Assembly (NCBI GenBank): GCA_965207375.1
Contig: CBDBMG010000002.1
Coordinates: forward strand, 640,001 to 704,000
Length of the DNA: 64,000 bases
From: Nitrosopumilaceae archaeon
GTDB lineage: Archaea > Thermoproteota > Nitrososphaeria > Nitrososphaerales > Nitrosopumilaceae
Direction: 5' to 3'
Positions 15,653-28,962 of the stretch are shown here, piece by piece. A program made the translations under genes and the position numbers. The notes under the pieces are model-generated. The model saw only the letters and a program-made list of their open reading frames with translations. It did no database searches and was not told the DNA's origin. Each line of letters starts with the position of its first letter. Position 1 is the first letter of the stretch.

Positions 15653-16307
15653 AAAGCAAATAAACTAGAATGATAAAGAATTTAAAAATTCAAAGGTAAG
15701 TAGGGATTGAATTCAATGGTGCTACAAAAAGTAAAGAAACAAGGTAAGATTTTGGGATGAGAGAACATTCTGGCATGAGATAATTTATAAAAGTTTATCC
15801 CTACTTTTGGCAAACCTACTACTGAAGTGAGCCAAAGTAGGGATTAACCTTTTATAAATTATCTCATGCCAGAATGTTCTCTTGTCCCAAAATATTATCC
15901 CTTGTTTCCTTACTTTTTGTAGCACTATTGAATTCAATCCCTACTTACCTTTAATTTTTTATTATTCTAGTTATAATGGTAATTGCAGTATTTCAATATG
16001 GAAATATGGCCATTCCCATCTTGGAAATATTGCCATTGCCACCTGGAAACTATAATGGCAATTGTAGTATTTCAACAATGGTAATTGGGACAGTAGGATA
16101 GTAATTGTAGTAATCCTATGGAAATACTACAAATAATATTACATGTGTACGTACGTAAATAACTATACACACCTGGACACACATACCAAAGAGAACTGAT
16201 GATATGATCACATAATTATATATAATATGTACATATGTACATACATACAGTGTATAATATAATATATATATACACAAGTCTCAAATGTACGTATACTTAA
16301 AAAGGTT

Positions 16308-17740
16308 TCATTTTCTTGACACCGCCTCTGGAGATGCTAGCACTGTAGAGATCCACCCCTTCTTCACTTTGACAATTCCCTTGTGAATAAAGGCTTTTGC
16401 TAGGGGTGGCAGGTATTTAGATTTTTTGGCCCCTTTTTGTACTCTATTTTGATCTTTTGTTAACAATGACTTGGTGGCAGCAGAAATTTGCTGTTTTCCA
16501 ATAGATTTTATGAATAGCTCATCAAAAGTGCATGTTACAATTATCTCAGCAGCCTTTAATGCCATTTCTGTAAAGTAAAAAACTCATTAAACTAGCTATA
16601 TGCCCACTACCTAGTACTACAGTTATAACTAGGTTTACATGCATACATACTAGCTACGTACATTATAATTACATAGCCACATATATAGATATACGTGCCT
16701 TCTGAATCTTTGTCAACTATTTCACTATCACTGTCACACTCTTCACTGCTGCTGGTATCAGTATGTTGTTCAGACAGTTTGTCGTCAGCTAATAATCAAA
16801 CACTGCCACACAGATACTCTTGGATATAACTATATCTACCTTCAGAATCATTGATGTTGTCATGATTGATTCCTGCAGATCCTTTATCATTAGGATTTAT
16901 ACCTTTTATTGAGTAGTACAATGATTAGCATGTGTATAGGCATGGGTGATAACAAAAATTCCATGTCACGATATATCATGAGAGTAATTATCACAATAAT
17001 CGATATTATCACGATATCAGTTTAGCTAACAGTGATAGTATTTTTGTGAAAATATGATGAAATATTTTACTGATGTGAATGTTTTTGAAGAATAAATATC
17101 TTACAATGATCACGGTATTAACAATATTCTGATGCCGATATTACGATAATGAAAAATTCTCTTCGGTATCGATTATCATGACACTTCGATATACAATAAT
17201 ATCGTAATATTGTCCAACTCTACATGTGTATTATGCAAATTACACTTACTTGTAGGGTTTATAGCAACATCAGTTGCCTTGATACCTTCAGACGTCTACA
17301 GTACATAACAACACAAACATGTATACATGAATTATCAAAGTTTTAGCTAACAGTTTTGGCAGATGATTGTTTATCAATAATCACGCCATCTTCAGTGTCA
17401 ACGTCGACGTTACCGCCTTCTGTAGTTATAATAATTATTTATAACACTCAATTATATATCTATTTACTACAACTAGCTATACTATGTAGATGAAAGTTAT
17501 ATATTGACATACCTTGAACTCTACGAGTGTCACCCTCAAGCTCAGTACTGGTGTCCTTCTTTCCTTCTTTACACTTCTTTTGTACCAACGGCTACAATAG
17601 TGAATTGAAGTTAGCAGGATTTCTGTGGGAATACAAGCTGCTACTTACTGATCCACTTTCAGAACTGTGATCCCTCTTCAAATTTTCTCTGTATCTTCTC
17701 TTTTCATTAAAATGATCTAGAATGTATTGCTTGATACCCT
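16308..17740 (-). pseudogene. Multi-exon gene fragment of unknown function (acidic/Ser-rich small exons)
   Basis: GT-AG bounded exons near 17512-17740, 17353-17420, 16840-16900, 16698-16788 and 16308-16567, with an in-frame stop near 17592. Confidence 0.45.
16937..17222. mobile_element. hAT-type MITE
   Basis: TAGGCATGGGTGATA...TATTGTCCAACTCTA with an 8-bp TSD CATGTGTA. Confidence 0.8.
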
Positions 17741-17799
17741 TAGCTTTAAAAAATGCCAAAGAACACTCGGAGTGATCCAAAAATCTGCATAGTGATGGA

Positions 17800-18380
17800 A
17801 TACTCTTGCGTGTTGGTGAACACCTTATACAGTCACATGATAATGTCAAGTCATTCAAACCTTACAGTTTTTTTCCCTGTGGCAGAACAGTCAACATTAC
17901 ACTCTTGTCAAAGGACAGTTGTTCATCTGGTCTAATGATAGACCAGTTCATTTGTACAGCAGTAATAAAATTGTTCAGCCTTCATCATAGGTGGTATTTA
18001 CACTGGCCACTGAAATCTTAAGAAAGATTATGTTATTTCCTGATCCAGATAATTTGATGTCTCCAACCTGTTTCATTGTGTTGGACTATTACAGAATGAC
18101 TCTACCATGCAGTGAACAAAACATAATTGTTCTAGTTTGTCCTGAGATAAATAACATGGTACAAGTATGTGGTAGTGATGATGAAGTTTGGTATAATCAT
18201 GTGCGTTGACACAATGAATAAAGTATGCCATGTAAAACTTTTATATTGAAGATAGTAACTTTCCTGGTAGATACAAGCAAGAATCTTTTGGTCGTTAATC
18301 TACAAACATTGTACAGTGGGAATCCATTGTCAGGATTTGTCATAGTCACTGGTCAAACAATGGAAGATTTTGGTACCATT
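17800..18380 (+). pseudogene. Frameshifted coding relic, probably a transposase C-terminal region
   Basis: Overlapping ORFs 17806-18209 join into a protein-like sequence (ILRKIMLFPDPDN...FIVLDYYR) with stops. Family not identified. Confidence 0.35.
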
Positions 18381-18429
18381 GATATTTATTCTTGTTAGTT
18401 CTTATTTGGTAGATATATGTGCATATATA

Positions 18430-18725
18430 TCATTAAGTACGGTAGTACTTAATAGTAGGGATTGGTAGGAAATTGTACGGCTTCGGGAAAACTTTGTGCT
18501 TTAAAAATCAACCTTGCAATAGGATTTACCCGAAAAAACCGGCTGGAATGCATTGGTAAGGCTGTAATGATGCTGTACCTTGGTTAAACGAAACGACAAG
18601 TCGAATATTTCGACCTACAGCCAACTTTGAAAATTTTGAAATTCACCTGTATTTCGTCTGCCAGCCAGCCAGCCTGCCTGCCTGCCATAAGACCTGGTTG
18701 CGCTAGGTGTAGGGCTCCAGAAATT
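18430..18725 (+). mobile_element. Family A 5' fragment
   Basis: A|TCATTAAGTACGGTAGTACTTAAT..., with homology ending after gggctccagaaattt. Confidence 0.85.
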
Positions 18726-19029
18726 TTAAAAATATTGTTGTTGGTTGGGTCAGCGGTGTATTGCGCTTTGAGTTGCTTCTTAACTGCAAGGATGGTTGCT
18801 TTTGACACAAAACTCAGTAGACTAGCCTCTAAGTTCAATGTTGTCAATTGGAAATACTGCCTGATGTCCACCATCCTCTCGATTGCACCAGTAATCACAT
18901 GATAAATCAACGGCATTTTGCTAGATCACGGTAGCATACAGTTCACTTGAGCTACTTGGGAAGGCCTTTCATGAAAATAAAATTGAGAATCAGCCATTCA
19001 CGGAATTTAAGTACCACAAAAAACCAACT

Positions 19030-19333
19030 ATTATTATTATTATCAATTTTACCGGTTAGGCACCGGAGGGTTTCACAAGAAGGCAAAGCCTGTAAGGTGT
19101 GTCACCCAAAGCCAAAGGGAACCTATTGGAATCAAACAGGGTAGGATGCTATTAAACTTTAAATCAAAGCCTGTAAGGTGTGTCACCCAATGCCTATTGG
19201 AATCAAACAGGGTAGGATGCTATTAAACTTTAAATCAAAGAAAAAGCCCACTCCAAGGCAGGACCGAACTTGCAGGCCACCCAGATTCTGGCCAGGCGCC
19301 ACACTCAGTGGGCCAGCCCGGAGGGGCCAGCTA
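19030..19333 (-). mobile_element. Putative tRNA-derived SINE with (TAA)n tail; second 3' fragment at 19352-19438
   Basis: GC-rich head with A-box-like TGGCCCACTGAG and B-box-like AAGTTCGGTCC. Internal ~73-bp duplication and AAT tail. Confidence 0.5.
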
Positions 19334-19694
19334 TAGGGTAAATTCTAGTGGTTATTATTATTATTATCAATTTTACCGGTTAGCACCGGAAGGTTTCACA
19401 AGAAGGCAAAGCCTGTAAGGTGTGTCACCCAAAGCCAATTATACGGTATTGACAACCATGAAAGTTTTTACCCACATTGTATTAGACCACTTTAATTTTA
19501 ATGCAAAATAGGATTGACTCTGTGGATGTGTTTTACCACAAATGGTCCGATCTTTTAACAAACGCAAAATTTTTCTACCTCCTAAGATATGTAAATTGAT
19601 TACTTTAATTATTAGTATTACACTACTGTGCATAACCACAAATATTCACTATAATGTACATGTCTAACTACGTAAACCTATATAGCTTAGTTCC

Positions 19695-20680
19695 TCAGTG
19701 ATGTTCAACTGAGTAAATGACACCATCGCTGAATTTCATGTTAAACTCTTCAGCTTTAATTAGTGCCTTTTTAGTGATTTGATCTGCTGGCGTTTCTGCT
19801 ATTTTCACTACTCTCCCATCAAATGTTGTAAGGCAGAACCTATCTCCATTTGTAGACTTTAGACGTAACTGAGCTACAATTGCCTGTCTGCGTTCTGTAG
19901 TGACTTGCATTGTGTCACATTTAGGGCGCTCAGAAATGTTATGATTAGTAGGTATCACCTTTCCATTACATTTCACACAACTGTACGTAGTAGGTGTCAA
20001 GCTTCTCAATTGCAATAACATGCACACCCTTTACCAATTGAATTTCTGATAGATTTTCATCATAGCTATCAATCACTGCATCAATTTTCTCTATGCAGAC
20101 ATTCTCCTTAGGTGTGGAAAGGGATTTATTGCCACAGTATTCTTTCACCGTCAAGCCTTTCATGTCATAATTACACCCTTCCTCAATCTTTCCGATGTGA
20201 TTTCTCCAGATATTCAGGGTTACATATCCAGTATTAACTGCAATAACAGCTTCCTGCACCTTACCTCCATAGCAAAGTTCAAAGCTCTCACTCACATCCA
20301 TAGCTTTAGGTTGAACATGTACTTGTTGGTGTTGTGGTAAATCTTGCACCTTCACCTTAGTAATCTCAAAAGATTTTTGTGATTTGAAATTTCTGTGCCA
20401 GTTTTTACCAGGATCTCCAATTCATCCCTTTGTCCTGATGTCTTGACTTCACATCCATTTGGCAACATTGGCTCATTGTTTTCATAGGATTCTTCTAACT
20501 TTCTGTGTGTAGTTGCACTATATATACCCACAGAACCTTGGGCTGGAATAGTCATCGGATATCTCTCCATCATAATAACTGCAGCTTTTACCAGCTTTCA
20601 TTGATGAAATGGAGGTAACAATGCCTTCAACTCTTGCATTAGAGCTCGGCTCAACACGTGCTTGCTACTTTCAGCCATTA
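19695..20680 (-). pseudogene. RPA-like multi-OB-fold ssDNA-binding protein with C4 zinc ribbon, frameshifted
   Basis: KVQEAVIAVNTGYVTLNIW...VKEYCGNKSLST (OB fold), then YSCVKCNGKV...PKCDTMQ. Paralogous to 58672-59916. Confidence 0.7.
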
Positions 20681-21229
20681 CCAAGATTTAAAACGCAGCA
20701 AACTGGTTTACATTACAGAAATCTCCTTTTATATATGAAATATCATCCAATCAATTCCTTCTATTCTTTAACTAAGTAAATTTGTTGCTAAGTAACAATG
20801 TTTTATCCAATGAAAAGGTGCGTAACTAATGTACTGGTAGTAGTTTAGAGAAATAGTATTGTTCACTGTCACTTACAAACTTGTGAGCTTCTTGGTGGTG
20901 TTGGAATTTCTTTAGTTGTTTTGGTTGTGTTACCATAGTAATTTATGATGTTTACTTAACTTTTGATTGCTTTCTGTTAGAGCTAAAGCAAATACTCAAT
21001 TCGCTCAGATATTCACTTGGTTACATAAGTATTCGAGTAATTAAATGAATTACATTAACATATTGCAAGCACATAACAACCATTTTAATAGTAAAATGGC
21101 TGATTCAAACTATTCAGATATTCACTTGCTTTACCATTCAAACTATTCGAGCACTAAATATCATATTTGTTTCAGCCCTACTTTCTGTTGCACTTAAGTT
21201 TGAGGTTTTACTAACACATAAGCTTCATT

Positions 21230-21690
21230 GCACATGCACACTTTGTATTGTAAAATGACTATTATCAAGAGTCCATAATAGAGAGGAGAGTATCTAACTT
21301 CTATATGTGCTATCAAAACTGAGCCCGTTAAGTATCTCCGCATATATTAGGGAAGAATGGAATTTGCCGACTACTGGAGGGTAAATTATAAATCAAATCG
21401 ACTAATGGGCACCACAGAATTATATAGCTTCAAGTTTATTAATATTCTTATTTGTATGTGGATTCCATACTTGTGCAGCATATTCTAGTATTGGAATCAC
21501 TAGTGTCCTAAAAGCTCTGCACTTAAAACTCACAGAACAACTAAAAAGATGGCATCTGAGGATGTTCAGGACAGTTGTAGCCTTGGCTGCATTAGCAGAA
21601 CAAGGATCATTCCAAGACAACTAATTGATGTGAACGCACAGGTATCTAACTTAGGATCGCCATTTTAGTGGGAAATCATTTACATTGTAG
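21230..21690 (-). mobile_element. Degraded LINE RT C-terminal fragment
   Basis: AAKATTVLNILR...TLVIPILEYAAQVWNPH...KLEAI. Confidence 0.85.
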
Positions 21691-23464
21691 TCAAACTTAG
21701 GTCACATACCCAGAAATCCCCATACATTTCACGGATATTTGATTGTATCAGAGTAAATTTTAATAGCCTTAAAGCAACACAATACTGTACTCAATACACC
21801 TAAAACATGTACGTACTTATACCATTATTTTTGCAATCCTTACTTTTTAAAGCTGGTTTTCAGCCACTGATTGTATGTGCATGCGTAGAAAAGCACAACT
21901 GTCCAAGCAATAGTGCTACGTTATAAGAGACTGGCGCTTGTATTTATGAGATGATGCTTGGCGAGGTGTTTCTACTGCATGCTGATGAAACAACCAGAGG
22001 CAACCAGTACGATCGAGAATACATATTTCGTGGATTAGTCTACACAATGTAAAACACATACGGTAGCTCCTACAGTCTGCAGTTTGGATTATTATTGTTT
22101 AGTGCACTTGTAAGAATATAACTTATACATTAGGTATTGTATGATCACCGCAGAAACATAGTGGCTTTAAATACTGCAACCATAATGGCTTTCCATTTAC
22201 TATGATAAACGGAAGGCCATTGTATTTCATTTGTGGATTGGAGCATGTACGTATGTGTAAGAGACTATCAGCTATGGTTAAAGCTTCAACCTTACACAAG
22301 AACTTCTAAATTTTTCCCACCAGCGTGGGTATATAAATTATTAGTTTTCCTAGTGCGCGTAGTTCATGGAAACTATCTATAGGTATTCTATTAACAGTGT
22401 ACAGCATGCATCATTCAATACCTAATTGTAGTACTTTTAAGCAGTCGCTGTATAACTTCTTAATTACTTAGTATTATTGTTGTTGTTTATGTTTTTGTTC
22501 TGTGCATTTGTTTGTTAATTATACTGTAACTGATAGTTTTATCTGTAAAGTTGTACCTATATAGGCCCAGCCTTTTGTACCAACCTTGTCTTTTGACTAA
22601 GCCACTAATTATAATAATATAAACAACAACAATACAAGGCCAAGGTGAACGCGAATATACTATATATAGTCTAGTCGCGTGAATAGGGTCTGGCGTAAGA
22701 CATGGACTACTCCATACACGTCAACACAGGATATATACTATATACACATACCCCTTTGTCCACGAAAATTTTCAGCACCCAAGCCTGGGTTACAGGATCG
22801 GGATTGAGAGACTACAGAACCTTCACTGGAGTTGACTGCATGAAATATTTAAGCGCCCGTAGGTATAAATACGTACCACATTAAGCGCCCGTTTCTAAAA
22901 CGCAACGACACAGAACTCAGAAGTAATAATCTTGCATAAATAACGATATCTCGTATTATTCACCTATCTATACTAATTTTGCATATGCTTTGCCCAGTTT
23001 TGGGCAGAAGATTTCCATAAGGATTTCCAGAAATATAGTCAAAGTGAAATAACTTCTTTCAAGTGGGGATGTCGCTTGGTTGAATCGCAAAATTCGGAGA
23101 TATAAAGGAGGCGTTTTAGGTTATTTGGACAGTTTCGTTAGTTATAAATGCGATAAAAGTTAAGAGTTGCTGAGTAAGATTCCTGTTTCTCTGTTAGACG
23201 CTGATATTGTGAGCATATCATACTGGACTGAACTGAAATACGAGATGGGTGAGTTGATAGTTCGCATGTTTTGTGCATTAGAACTATATTTAATACATCT
23301 TCGCCTTAACAAAACACAAAAGATATTGCTGGCCTAGATAAAGTCGCTACAAATGATTGTGCAGAGTTGTAATTTCTAGCGACATGAATTTACACGAATT
23401 CTCTGTACAAAATCAACGGAAGTCCCCAAATAAAAATTTTTTAAGTGTCGCGTGATTTCTGGTA

Positions 23465-23750
23465 ATGAACTAAAACTAAAACTAAAACTAAAAATATTTC
23501 AGAAATCTAACTAAAACTAAAACTAAAAATAATTCAGTAATCTTACTAAAACTAAAACTAAAACTAAAATTATTGAGCTAAATTGCTAAAACTAAACTAA
23601 AACTAAAATATTTCAGAAATCTTACTAAAACTAAAACTAAAACTAAAAATAATTCAGTAATCTTACTAAAACTAAAACTAAAATTATTGAACTAAGTTAC
23701 TAAAACTAAAACTAAAACTAAAATTACAAGCCCTTACTAAAACAACACTA
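23465..23750 (-). mobile_element. End of a (TTTTAG)n-rich TIR element
   Basis: Reverse complement of the first ~270 bp of 24057-25172, ending CTAAAACAACACTA. Confidence 0.7.
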
Positions 23751-24056
23751 ACATACACACATACGTACGTACACACGTACATATATACTGCACAATCACA
23801 TACTGTACATAAAGCCATCTCATAAAGTGCCACTTAAGATGATCTAACTACTACTTTTATATATTACACAAGTGGGTGATAGTACTTTGAAGGCTAAAAC
23901 CTTTATAGTCACACATCATAGGTATTATAGCACTTTTAACTAATCTGAAATAATCCATTATAGAAATTCTCTTATACATCATTAATTGTAATTGATTGCT
24001 AAGAACCTTAACAACTGCATGCATCGTATCAGGGATACAATTAAGAGGTGGACAGT

Positions 24057-25172
24057 AGTGTTGTTTTAGTAAGGGCTTGTAATTTTAGTTTTAGTTTTAG
24101 TTTTAGTAACTTGGCTCAATAATTTTAGTTTTAGTTTTAGTTTTAGTAAGATTACTGAATTATTTTTAGTTTTAGTAAGATTTCTGAAATATTTTTAGTT
24201 TTAGTTTTAGTTTTAGTAATTTAGCTCAATAATTTTAGTTTTAGTTTTAGTTTTAGTAAGATTACTGAATTATTTTTAGTTTTAGTTTTAGTTTTAGTTA
24301 GATTTCTGAAATATTTTTAGTTTTAGTTTTAATTTTAGTTGGATTTCTGAAGTATTTTTAGTTTTAGTTTTAGTTTTAGTTAGATTTCTGAAATAGTTTT
24401 AGTTTTAGTTTCAGTTTTAGTTAGATTTCTGAAGTATTTTTAGTTTTAGTTTTAGTTATAGTTATATTTCTAAATACTTTTAGTTTTAGTTTTAGTTTTA
24501 GTAATATTTCTGAATTAATTTTAGTTTTAGTTTTAGTTTTAGTTAACTAAAATAAAAATGTCTTACTAAAACTATTTTTAGTTTTAGTATTGAGTAAAAA
24601 CAGGCTTAAAACAGGCTTAAAACAGGCTTAAACAGCGTTATGTTGCATCATATATGCCATTTGAAGACGTAATTACCCTTAGTTTTAGTTATGCTTTTAG
24701 TTTTAGTTTTAGTTTTAGTAAAAATTTACATTCTATTTTAGTTTTAGTTTTAGTTTTAGTACTGACTAACATTTAATTTTAGTTTTAGTTTTAGTTTTAG
24801 TACTGATTTGCAATTAATTTTAGTTTTAGTTTTAGTACTGACACGCAATTAATTTTAGTTTTAGTTTTAGTTTTAGTACTGACTCCCAATTAATTTTAGT
24901 TTTAGTTTTAGTTTTAGTACTGACTCACAATTAATTTTAGTTTTAGTATTAGTTTTAGTACTGACTCACAATTAATTTTAGTTTTAGTTTTAGTACGGAC
25001 TCACAATTAATTTTAGTTTTAGTTTTAGTTTTAGTACCGAGTCACAATTAATTTTAGTTTTAGTATTAGTTTTAGTACTGACTCACAATTAATTTTAGTT
25101 TTAGTTAACTAAAATATAACTGCTTTACTAAAATTATTTTTAGTTTTAGTTTTGATTAACTAAAACAACACT
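24057..25172. mobile_element. TIR element filled with (TTTTAG)n-based subterminal repeats (hAT-like TAG termini)
   Basis: TAGTGTTGTTTTAGT...ACTAAAACAACACTA. No clean 8-bp TSD seen. Confidence 0.7.
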
Positions 25173-25441
25173 AACAGGCCACACTTTATAGAAATTCTCT
25201 GGTATCTTATTAACTGCAATTGCTTAAGCTTACTAAGAACCTTAACAATGGCATGCATTGTGTCATGGGTACAATTAAGGCCAGATTTTATACCCTAGAA
25301 ATCAATATACGTAACTCCCCTCTAACCTTTTAGTCCCCTATACACTTTGAAAGATTATATTTTCTCTCCTACGTATGCAGTTGAGTTTCCTGGATTCAGC
25401 TCGCCCCATTAATTTCTAGGTTTGCATATCTAATATTAGTA

Positions 25442-25612
25442 CTGTATACAGCAAAAGGGGAGAATTTTCGTGGTTAGAAAAGAAAATAAATGCTCACAGG
25501 AAAACTTTTGTGGCAGCAGCTCCTTTTCTTACGTATTACTAGTAAACAAACATTTGCAGGTTGAGCAAAAAATTGCAAAAGTTTTCCCCTTCGAATGTTT
25601 TGCTGTATACGA
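25442..25612. mobile_element. Degraded TA-TSD MITE related to 43447-43938
   Basis: CTGTATACAGCAAAA...TTTTGCTGTATACG. Confidence 0.6.
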
Positions 25613-25767
25613 TATTCAAACAGAAACTGTATTATAATTTGTGCATATGTATGTACGTACGCAGAGTTTAAGTTATAAATCTATTTGTATGTAGCTACAT
25701 ACTGTAGAACATTAAAATATTGTAATACACACACACACATATGTATATACACAGATTACATATGTAC

Positions 25768-25875
<108 letters not shown>

Positions 25876-25882
25876 TGGAGAC

Positions 25883-26828
25883 CTTAGGCTGATACTTGAA
25901 ACAACAATAGTCTCCACCATGGAGTACACGACGTTGATTGTTCATGAACTGATCCAATGACAATGACTCCATACCATCCTCCCTACATACCCAGTAACCA
26001 TTACTAGTGACATGTACATCAAAGTCATAAGTGACCAGATCAGTGAGATCAGGTCTTATCTGCACATTCAGTAACTCAGCCTGTGGGTCAGCTATAGGTA
26101 TACACATCTGAAACAAGAGAGATTAAGCATAGGACTGTAAATGATATAAATTTTGTACCATCAAAATGTAACATATAGCTCTTTAAATGTGTGAAGTTGG
26201 ATGTGCAGGTAAGACCTGTTTTTATAGACATGGTCACGTATAGACTCACAATAATGGGAACACAATCCACTTTGGTCTAAGGTAATGATAAAAGTGCTCA
26301 ACCACCTGAAGTTGTGCTGGAGACTGGATTGAATCAGGTCTAAATAAAACATGACAGAGAAGTAGCTAAGACTGTGCATGAAATGGCTAGGACTGTCCAC
26401 AGTGCTCAAAATAAGGGTTGGAAGTTGGTTGGTCATTTATAAGTAGGGGCTAGACTATCATTGGCTTCCCCATTGGAAATGTATAGTAAACTTGTCCTAC
26501 CAAATTGGAATTTGCTCTGTCATAGACTTGTGACAGATCATTATTCTGAGCTCTGTGTCCATAAATTAAATTGGGCGGGGCTCACATTTTGCTTCTCACA
26601 TGACACATAGCCTCATCCATGGTGATGTGTTGAATAACACGCTATGAGTACTCCGGTTCTGCCTATAGTTGGAAAGATCACATGGCATCATGTGATCAGT
26701 GTTATTCCAAATAGTGCTCACCCAGTTCAGCATGACAGTGAATGGCAACCTTGCCTTGGTCGACTGCAAAACTAAACACCTTGACCATATCTAACAAATT
26801 CACTATTGATAGCACTCCATAATCCTCC
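25883..26828 (-). pseudogene. PTPDC1: PTPDC1-like phosphatase, 4 internal exons, disabled
   Basis: Exons 26722-26828 (EDYGVLSIVNLLDMVKVFSFAVDQGKVAIHCHAELG), 26586-26662 (RTGVLIACY, frameshift, HITMDEAMCHVRSK), 26250-26339 (PDSIQSPAQL) and ~25883-26003 (LDQFMNNQRRVLHG..KYQPK). Confidence 0.85.
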
Positions 26829-27167
26829 CTATGCAAATAATTACGTACGTACATATGTACATATTAATGCATACAGACATAGACTTAGACACATACATAC
26901 AACATATGTACACACACTATAAACATACACACACTGTGTATGTAAACAAATACACACCCACACTACGTACATACACGCACGTATAGACAAACACATATAC
27001 ACACTCACATCACACACCCACACCCACACACATACACACACTACGTACATACATATGTATACGTATGTACAGTCATACACACACACACACACACACACTA
27101 TGTATCTATGTACGTATATACATATACACACATGTACACACACTATGTACATACGTACATACATATA

Positions 27168-27418
27168 TGTGACCTGATTTTGGAAAACAGACCATTTTGT
27201 CACATTTGACATCATTTATATTTCTGTGTATTTAAGATACTCCAAATGGTATACTGGTTTAATAAGTGGTTAAATCAATCACACACAACTTGAATTACTA
27301 TTTATGCATTGGAAATACTTTAGAAATATGTGCTTGTTAAAATTACAAATGCATAAACATGGAAATTCTATTTATTTCACGCGTGACAATATGGTCTGTT
27401 TTCCAAAATCCGGTCACA
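27168..27418. mobile_element. MITE with TGTGACC termini
   Basis: TIR TGTGACC(T/G)GATTTTGGAAAACAGACCA, flanked by TA/ATAT. Confidence 0.8.
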
Positions 27419-27589
27419 TATGTATACACAAACTATACCTGGCATGATATGAGACCAATATTCATTAAGAATTAGGTGTAACAGTGTGTTACACTGTTAA
27501 AACTGTTACAATATATAAGTACATATGTATGTATGCATATACATAATACATAATAGCTCTTACACTATTACATTGCTACTGCTACAATG

Positions 27590-28290
27590 TCCATGCACAA
27601 TAGCTGTTACACTGTTACACTGTTACAGCTGCGTATAATATCAGTGTATAACAGCTGTTACACTGTTACACTGTTACAGCTATAATATCAATGTATTATA
27701 GCTGTTACACTGTTACAGCTATAATATCAGTGTATAATAGCTGTTACACTGTTACACTGTTACAGCTATAATATCAGTGTATAATAGCTGTTACACTGTT
27801 ACACTGTTACAGCTATAATGTCAGTGTATAATAGCTGTTATACTGTTACGTTGTTACAGCTATAATATCAATGTATAATAGCTGTTACACTGTTACACTG
27901 TTACAGCTATAATGTCAGTGTATAATAGCTGTTACACTGTTACACTGTTACAGCTATAATATCAGTGTATTATAGCTGTTACATTGTTACACTGTTACAG
28001 CTATAATGTCAGTGTATTATAGCTGTTACACTGTTACACTGTTACAGCTATAATATCAGTGTATAATAGCTGTTACACTGTTACACTATTACAGCTATAA
28101 TGTCAGTGTATTATAGCTGTTACATTGTTACACTGTTACAGCTATAATATCAGTGTATAATAGCTGTTACACTGTTACAGCTATAATATCAGTGTATTAT
28201 ACGTAGCTGTTACACTGTTTGCTATAATATCAGTGAATAGCTAATACGTAGCTGTTACACTGTTAAAGCTATAATATCAATGTATTACAG
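27590..28290. repeat. ~33-41-bp minisatellite (tataatagctgttacactgttacactgttacagctataatatcagtg)
   Basis: Many tandem units with a variable number of internal CTGTTACA 8-mers. Confidence 0.9.
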
Positions 28291-28407
28291 TGTTACTGTA
28301 TAATAACTTTTACAATTATAATATATGTGTATGCGTAATTGTTAAAGCTCACTCCATTTCGAGACTGTCATGTAAATGGCCACATCCTCACTTACGCTAG
28401 ATGCTAC

Positions 28408-28962
28408 TAGGGTAGTGCGATAATAACGATAAATCGATTATCACGATAATAAATACTATCGTGATGACGATAATAACTATTTGCATTATCGCGATAATAA
28501 CTATGTGCATTATCAATACTACAATACACATTAGTGTGTTTACTGCACTATTTTAATTAATTTTTTGTGGCTTAGAGGTGGCCAGGAAGTCATACCTTAT
28601 GCAAACACTGAGGTTAGCACTCAGACAAGCTCCAACCTACTTGTATAGAAGGTGTTAATTTGTACTTGTAAGCTGTTATCTGGTAAAAGGTTTAACTTGT
28701 GGAATACTTTTGCTTGACTTCAAATTATCCATTGAGACAAATCTCCTCATGTTGAATACATTGTCAATATTATCTTGCTTATCAAGATAACTTTAACACA
28801 ACTTATCAAGGCGTAACTTTCCAATCTTAATTAATATTTGCTTATCAAGATAACTTTAACACAACTTATCAAGGCGTAACTTTCCAATCTTAATTATCGT
28901 GATTATCGTGATAATGAGTTACATTATTGTGATATTACATTTTCTATTATCGCACAGCTCTA
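28408..28962. mobile_element. hAT-type MITE
   Basis: TAGGGTAGTGCGATAAT...ATTATCGCACAGCTCTA with an 8-bp TSD GATGCTAC. Confidence 0.85.

Larger units (their letters stand above)
12977..15970 (+). mobile_element. Family A outer copy, interrupted by another family A copy and a Helentron-type element
   Basis: A|TC at 12977 and CTAG|T at 15970. The pieces 12977-13547, 14844-15021 and 15653-15970 are collinear with the other copies. Confidence 0.85.
12720..16100. repeat. ~50-60-bp minisatellite (ccattcccatcttggaattataatggtaattgcagtatttcaatatgg) split by nested insertions at 12977-15970
   Basis: The unit reads continuously across 12976/15971 once the insert is removed. Confidence 0.8.

Noticed and set aside
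24740-25110. Repeat/spacer pattern or telomeric array of TTTTAG
   Set aside because: The spacers are variants of one another, the unit is not TTAGGG, and the array lies inside a TIR element.
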